This document shows, in pieces, positions 35,311 through 43,126 of a stretch of 43,126 bases of DNA (the first letter of the stretch is position 1; each line of letters starts with the position of its first letter). Under the pieces are notes generated by a model. That model had not been told where the DNA came from. It worked only from the letters and a program-made list of their open reading frames with translations, and searched no databases. The translations under genes and the position numbers were made by a program. Origin of the DNA: Conidiobolus incongruus B7586 (lineage: Eukaryota); contig JNEM01013709.1 of NCBI GenBank assembly GCA_000697335.1, positions 1 through 43,126 on the forward strand. The letters are read 5' to 3'.

Positions 35311-37736
35311 ATAAACTCAAGTATTCGATAATTCCCGTTATAAAAAATTATTATATGGCAATCATAATAACTACCTTAATGATATCTAAACAGATTAAAC
35401 GATCATCCCTAATTACTAATAATACTTACAATTGTCACTTAATATTTTTATATAGAATCGAAAGTAAAACTGTTCTCATTAAAGCGGTAGTATTATTCAA
35501 TCACATGAATTTAACATATCAAAGATAATTAAATGAATTTTTATCCTAGATAATTTAGCAGGTTAATATATTAAATAACATGATTTATGTAACTGTTAAT
35601 TTATTAATTTAATTCAAGTAAATAATGAATAAACCAAATGTAGTTTTGTTTTAAAATATCAAGATATCCCCCAAGTAATAAAATCTTTAATTAATCAAAA
35701 ATTCTTAAAATTTTGAATTGAAATTTCTTATTATAATTGATATAAATAAAAATATTGAATATACTATAATAATCAAAGTTATCATTAATTAATAGATCAT
35801 TTTTGAATTTTCATTATGTTTATTATTTCAATATGTACAAATAGCTCTGAGCATTAACATGTTGAATCTAGTTAAATTTGATTTTTGTTAATCACTTAGG
35901 TTGGAGAATAAATTTATACAAATTGTCAATATTTAATCTTTTATAATGAAACTGTGTTGTAATATTATAAGGACAATATATTCTGCATTGGAAGTTAATT
36001 AGACTTTTAATAATATTGACTCTAAAAATATTGACAATTATATAATTTTTGAAAATATTTATTTATAAAATATTTTTTATTGATGTTATATTTATTTGTT
36101 TTTGAATCACTTACATTTAAGTTATAGATTTTAATTATAGAATTTATCTATTTTATTTAAAAAATAACAAGCCGTCAATCACGATTGTAATTGATTGAGT
36201 AATGACTTTACATTGATAGTAGTAAAATTAAACAGCAACAAGATCTTACCTGTAACTGGAGCTGGATATTAGGTTTGCAAAATGATTTTATACATATCAA
36301 AAATCAAATTCTACCCATTCTTGAAGTTTACGAAAAGTAATAGTGTCAACAGAGGAATCTTTAATATTTTAAATCGGTTATAGTTTTAAATGCTAAAAGA
36401 TATTGTATAGAATACAATTATTATATTAACGACTATCTTTTACATGTCCTTTTGTAAATTATTTATTAATTAGGACTAGGGCGCAGAATTTGATATTTGA
36501 TTTGGTTAAAATGATTTGTCAAATTTAATAAATACCTTCTTAGATTCCAATCTGATAGAGTGTCAATGATTCTTTAATTTTGTAGGACTGAAACTTGTTT
36601 GAATTATATATCCCAAATTATCAAAATTATTAAAATAAGAATACTATATTAATTAACATTTTCCTATTATTATCTGTAATCATGATGTTAATATAGAAAA
36701 TCCTTTTTAATACTGGAACACTATATTCAATAAGTTTACAATGTGTTACAGGAGCATACAAAAATGGCGACAATAACGCTTCAAACTTTTCTTCTCTCTA
36801 AATGCTGATTGATTTGAACTAAAATACGTTCCTGGTGCATTTTACATTGTAATTGATTAATCTCAACTGTGATTGCCAAAGATAAACTAATATTTGATTT
36901 ACTTTTTTACATTTTTAATCCTCGATTTTGTATTTTTATTTTCAAAAATTTTAATTTTTTTCAACCTCAATTAATAGCATTCTCCCAACATTATATATTT
37001 AAACAATGTATTTATATTAAGAATTGAGATGTTAAATAATCATAATGTGTATTCAATGCATCTTAAAATTTCATCTTTCAATTTAACAAAAAATATTAAT
37101 TCTAATTAATAAATATGCATTAATATAAAATTATCATAAAATTATAGTAAAAAAGATAAAAGTAACTATTTGGACTTAATATTATAAAAATAAAAAAAAT
37201 ATTTATTAATCAAGAATTTATATAATATATTTATTTGTTTTATAAATTTCATTTTCATAATTTTTTAGCTTGAAGTTTTCAGATTTTTTGGTGAAATTTA
37301 ATTTTATTGAAAGATAATGCTTTAATTGCTATTTGGATAAATTGTGATAATTTGAATTAAGGATAAAAATTATTATAGAGAAATATATATAATCAAGCGA
37401 GAATATTAGAGTCTGATGATATAGAATCTATTAATCACTCTTTATTGACACATTAATTAAAAACTATTAACAAAGATTAGAATTTATTTAAAAGACATAG
37501 TTATGATTAAGTTACATTAGTTGGCCATAATAAGATATTTTTATAGTATAATATAAAATAGTCTCTAATAATAAAACATTACTTAATATTCAAAAGAATT
37601 AAGTATAAACATTATTAGCTTGACTATATAGATATTGGTTATCTAAACCAATATTTGTTTTTTATACTATGAATTAATTAAATACCAAATTAAATTAAAT
37701 ATTTGATTTATTAGCTAAAGTCATAATATTAAATTA

Positions 37737-40602
37737 TTACCTTATATTTGAAATAATGAGAAATTTTTTAATTTCTAAATTTCAAACATATTATTAGTTT
37801 GAAATAAATAAATATATACAAAGTTAATAAGAAATTGTATATTTTTAATATATATATACACTAGCCTGCAAAAGTAAGTCATAAAATAAAAATCACTTAT
37901 ATATTTACCTGTAACTTAAACAATTCTTAACTAAATTAATTTAAATTAAAGTATATAATTAAGGTATATTACCTGATTATAATAGGTTATATTTAATTAT
38001 ATTTAATATATTATTGGTTAATATATCAAATCTTAAATTTTAAATAAGGTGAGTTATAAATTTACAGGTTTAAAAGTTAAAAGGGTATGTAAAACAAAAA
38101 TTACTTAATTTTTTTTTCTTTTATTAAATTATATATATTTATACTAATATTATTATTGTAAATTATCATTTTAAATAATATTAGTATTAAAATACTTAAA
38201 TCCCTCTTTAAAAAAATTCACTTGTGTATTAATTAACTCTATAGTAAAGATAAATCAACTTGTGAGTTTGTTAGAATTACTAGTGCTAGCTAGTTTACTA
38301 TAGCTAAAGCTGTTAAAAATTATAGTAAGGATATATCTAAACTTAAACTTAAGTGTGCTAAGATTATAGATAAATATGATGAAAGGTATATTTATAGGTT
38401 GGTTAATACAAGTAAATGTTATACTACTATAGAAATATAAAAAGAATTATAAGATTATACAAGAATATTAGTTAGTATTAATACTATTATATATATTTTA
38501 TATTATAATAGATACTACTTGCACTTTAAGAAAAAACACCTTTAACTAAAAAAGTCTTATTGTAAAACCAAATAAGAGTTTAAATATCACCACTAAAATT
38601 AAACTAAAACTAATTAAAATAAGGTTATTTAGTTTAATGAAACAAAAATATACTTTAGTGGATTTAATAAAAAAACTAGATGTTTTAAAAAAAACAAAAA
38701 ATTACTTTATAACCATTATGTTATTTCAACCTAAAAATATAATAGTAGGTTAATTATAGTTTAAGGATTTATATTATCCTTTAGTATAAGGTATTTTTGT
38801 AAAGTTGATAAGGGAATTAATATTGAGATATATTAAAAAATTTTAAACAATAAATTAAAAAAAACTATTGAATAGTATAGGTTAAATAAATCAGATGTTA
38901 TTTTTTAACAAGATAATACCTTTTGTTATACTACTATTTCTACTACTAAATGGTTTAAAAATAATAAAATAACAGTTGTAAAGTAGTTTCTTTAATCTTT
39001 TAACTTTAATCTAATTAAACACCTGTAGAATTAGTTAAAAAAAATAGTTAAAGCTTTCCCACCAGTAAAAAATTTAAATGAGCTTTAAGAATATATTTAA
39101 GAAGCTTAGAACAAAATTAATTTTTTTGAATATAAGAAGTTAATTGACTCTATACTTTATAAACTTAAGGAAGTTATAAAAGCAAAAGATAAATATACTA
39201 AGTTTTAATTTTCTTTCTATAACCAAAACACATAAATTTATAACTCACCTTAGGTAAAATTTAAACTTTAATATATCAACCAAAATTTAATATAGTTAGA
39301 TTAAATATATTTAATTATAAATAAATAATATAAGTTTATTATATGTTTTAATTTAAATTAATTTAATTAAGAATTAATAGAGTTATTAATAATAATATAT
39401 ATAATTATAATTTTATGACTTACTTTTGTAGGTTAGTATATATATATATATAATAACTTTTTAAAATTAGTTGTTAAATTTAATTATATTTAAATTAAAT
39501 AATAATTATCAAAAGTTTTTTATTTTAGTATTAGTAAAACTTAACTATAAACCCTCTAAAATTATTTAAAATTTATAAATAGCTTTTAATAATAAAATAT
39601 TAATTAAATTAACAATTTATTGCTAGGTAAATTACTTTAAGTTAAGAGAAAAACTATCTAAAACTAGTTAAAATCTAAAAAATTAAATTTAATTATTATT
39701 TTTTTAATTATTAAAAAAGTGAAAAAATATATTGAAAAATACCTTTTTATTTTAGTTAAAGAATTGTCTAATCACTTTAATATTAGTTTTATAAATATTT
39801 TATTTATATTAAAGTTTAAACTCAAATTAATAAATAAAAATATAAAATAAATATTTTATAATTTAACTAAAGCTTAAAAAAAGCTAAAATAGTTATTGTT
39901 AAACAAAACTTACTAATATAATATTAGAAATTTAAACTTTTACAATAAATAATTATAATTGATGAATTTTAAATCATTATATATAATTTTTTATTAAAAC
40001 ACAAATCAAAATATTAAATTAAATTAACCTTATTTATAAATTCCTTTAAATAAATATTTTTTTAATAAGTAAATATTAATTATTATTTTTGATTATAATA
40101 GTAATACTATTATTATTTAGCTTTTAAAGGAAAATTAATTAATAACAAACTTTATATTGCTTTTTTAAATAAAAGTATTTTTAATTAGTGTTCTTAATAT
40201 AGTTTAAAAAAACCTATTATTTTATATAATAATTATAAAATATATAAATTTAAAGATATAAAAATTTTCTAATTAAAAATAACTAAAAAAAACTACCACA
40301 TCTAGTATACACTTTAGATTATAACTTATGTGATTATAATTGCTTTAAGGAATTAAAAAACCAGCTTACAAGAAAGAAAATTTCTATAAGATAATTTAAT
40401 TGGTTTGTAAAATATTAAATTTTAGTCTTTAATAAAAAGAACTATTATTTAAATATTAAATCTTTGTTAAAAGTATAGCAAAAAGTTATTAATAAAAAAA
40501 ACTATTAAATCTATATTATATATTTATTTTTATATATTATATATTAAAATATTTATTTATTTTGAATCATAAAAAATTCCTATTATTAAAAATACAGAGT
40601 AA
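37737..40602 (+). mobile_element. Mariner-type element (diverged subfamily) carrying Tc1 copy E in its 5' TA-rich tract
   Basis: Ends TA|ttaccttatatttgaaataatgagaaatttt and aaaaattcctattattaaaaatacagagtaa|TA. About 39440-40510 is colinear with the 26960-27993 transposase, e.g. 40296 ccacatctagtatacactttagattataacttatgtgattataattgcttt (PH.VY..DYNLCDYNCF). Confidence 0.82.
37859..39438 (+). mobile_element. Tc1-type transposon copy E (subfamily 2); transposase relic at about 38192-39208
   Basis: TA|cactagcctgcaaaagtaagtcataaaa ... ttttatgacttacttttgtaggttagta|TA. Coding relic colinear with copy C, start codon decayed to ATA. Confidence 0.92.
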
Positions 40603-41757
40603 TATTTCAACCAAATATTTTATATTTGCTTATAGGAATCAATTATTTAAATTGCTGATAAAATTCTGTTATAGTAATTAAAATAAAAATCTTCATGCTG
40701 AATCAAAAGTCTATCCTATTATTCAAAGTTGTGAATTAGCTATTCATATATATTTAGTGAAAAAAATATAGTTAATTAATTTTAAAGCTATATAATAATG
40801 GTAAAAATGACATTAAATCTGTTAAGTTTTAAAATCTTTAATTGAATAGTTAAATAAAATACTTTTGACATTTTAATAAAAAACTAGGTCACCAATGCCT
40901 TATTAGGTATTTCTTCATAAACTGTATATTAATTGTATATATTTTTTGAAATTTGTACCAATATAAATTATAAATTTATAAATTGAATTTAAGATAGAAA
41001 ATATGTTTGTTTCATTATTTTTGTTAAAGTTTAATATTCTTTTCTTAAAATTTACGAATAATACTATCAAATACTATTAGCTCTGATTTACAATACTATT
41101 GTATTATCTCCCCTAATTATCGAGTCAATATTTTTATATTTAAATGGAATATTTATAATTCTTTATGAATCTATTTTATATAATTTTTTAACTATTATTT
41201 TATTTTATCCATTATGATTTATTTTATTTGTTGAAAAATTAGATATTAATTAAAATTAAACTACTAAGGTAAGAATAAAGAGAAAAGCCAATAATTAATA
41301 TAATGAATTTCTATTTAGCAAAAAATACATTCATTTTACCTGATAATATCAAAAATAGATCCAAAGCTTTAAAATTATTTCTATTGAAGTGATATTAATA
41401 TTACTATCCTAATGAAAATTAACTTCAATTTTTATATATATTTTATTATATATTAATCTCGACTATATATCCATAAAGCTATAAAAGAATTTCACTGAAG
41501 GTTAATTATTGGATAATATTATATATATAATTAAAATCTTACAAATTTTGATTATTACAAAATAATTTGACATGATATTCATAAAAATACTTTAATAGTG
41601 TTATATAAGAATTTATAATTACTAAGTATTATTAAATTATATTAATTATTTTTTGAGTGGTTTGTAATATATAAAATAACCAATTACTATTTTTTTTATT
41701 TTGTATATTTAAAATGACCCTTTGGTAAGAGTTATAAATTATTCAATAATATTATAT

Positions 41758-42090
41758 TGTGACTCTACAAATTGCTAGTAGAACATTAATAATAGATAAG
41801 GAATCAGCTTGTTTATGGCTGGGTTGGTAGTTTAGGTTGGGGGGTTTTATTGGAGTTTGTTAAGGGTTTAATGGACTTCACAGTAAACCGGAGGTGATGA
41901 TGATAATGTATCCCGACAGTGGTTCTTTTGCAGACCAATTTTCAGCTGTATGTAGTGTAAAGAAGTGTATTGGGTTGCTAGAATAATGTGGCCTTGAAGT
42001 GGTGTGATAGGCCCTTTGGGGTTAGGACTCTATAACGTAATAGATCGCAAGATGAAATTAGTCGGGCTGGTTACTATATATGTAAACACA
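41758..42090. mobile_element. Putative solo LTR (333 bp)
   Basis: Compositionally distinct, more GC-rich, G/T-skewed island bounded by ATAT|TGTG ... CACA|ATAT, with AATAAA on the minus strand. A 4-bp ATAT match is weak evidence in such AT-rich DNA. Confidence 0.45.
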
Positions 42091-42538
42091 ATATATTAAA
42101 TATTTGTTTATAATTAAATATATATTTAAATATAATAATAAAAAAGCATTTTATATATTGTAAATTGATAAATATTATACTTAAATATAGTAATACAATA
42201 TCAAATATTGATAATTATTATTTATTGTTCACTAATCATTTAATTAATTATAATTCAAAATATATTAATGATATTTTTATATCATATACTTTAAATTACA
42301 ATTTGTAAATTAATATATTTATTATATAAATTAAAAAAACTTTTATATTTTAACAGTATTTAAGGTTTTGAAATAAAAAGGGTTATAATGAAAAGTTAAT
42401 TTATTTATAATCATTTATTTTGGAATTAATCAATCTGTTTTCTGTATTATGAAAAAACTTCAATATCAATATAATATTAGTTATTTTATCTTGATTTTCT
42501 GAAGGAAAAAATTAATTTGAGATTTTCATTAATTTATA

Positions 42539-43126
42539 TACTAACCCAAGAAAATAAGTCATAAAATCAAAAATATATATATTTTAATTAATAACTAAAA
42601 TAATTATATATATTAAATTACCTAAAACTATAATATATAATTAAGGTATATTATTTGATAATAGATAAATATATTTGGATATATTTAGTAAACTATTAGT
42701 AAAAATATTAACCTTTAATATTTAATAAGATAAATTATAAATTTATAGGTTTTTGAGATAAAAGGATATATTTAACAAAATATAACCATATTTCTTTTCT
42801 CTCTTTGTTATTATTTTATATAATATTTTATAGATATACTCAATTTTTCTTATTAGTATTATTATACTTAAATCCCTTTTTAAAAAAATTTATTTATATT
42901 TTAATTAACTTTATAATAAAAATAAATTAACTTATAGTTTTATCAAAATTACTAGTGTTAGTTAATTTACCATAGTTAAAATTATTAAGAATAACAATAA
43001 AAACACATATAAATTTAAAATTAAATATATTAAAATTATCAATGAATATAATAAAAAATATATTTATAAGTTAATTAATTTAAGTAAATATAATATTATT
43101 ATAAAAATATAACAAAAACTATAAGA
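42539..43126 (+). mobile_element. Tc1-type transposon copy F (subfamily 1), 5' part, truncated by the window end
   Basis: TA|tactaacccaagaaaataagtcataaaatcaaaaatatatat..., colinear with copy C from 20705 to about 21295. Confidence 0.9.

Noticed and set aside
35307..35528. 73-aa ORF abutting the LRR gene stop, resembling operon-style coupling
   Set aside because: It has a GTG start overlapping the TGA, AT-rich 3'UTR-like composition and no recognisable domain, and the context is eukaryotic.

Overview
Very AT-rich eukaryotic DNA, most likely fungal. The gene content (GH18 chitinases, a stand-alone CBM19-type peptide, an expanded F-box-like/LRR family, few introns) resembles an entomophthoralean fungus such as Conidiobolus; this is inference. 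Genes: two tandem secreted GH18 chitinases with Thr-rich and Tyr-Pro-x-Lys repeat tails (2733-5738 intact; 10430-12073 broken only by one TGG>TGA inside the catalytic DxDxE motif), a small CBM19 gene with a stop at codon 4, and three F-box-like/LRR paralogues (one probably intact, two pseudogenes). Much of the apparently featureless AT-rich DNA is decayed DNA transposons that the ORF track misses: five mariner-type (DD34D) copies, six Tc1-type (DD34E, IR/DR ends) copies and one or two solo LTRs. Seven of these form a four-level nested stack at 16627-25690. The DNA-transposon copies differ from each other mostly by C>T/G>A changes in several dinucleotide contexts, and about 9.9 kb lacks any CpG by eye. 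This points to a strong transposon-directed, RIP-like cytosine mutator that may also leak into neighbouring genes.
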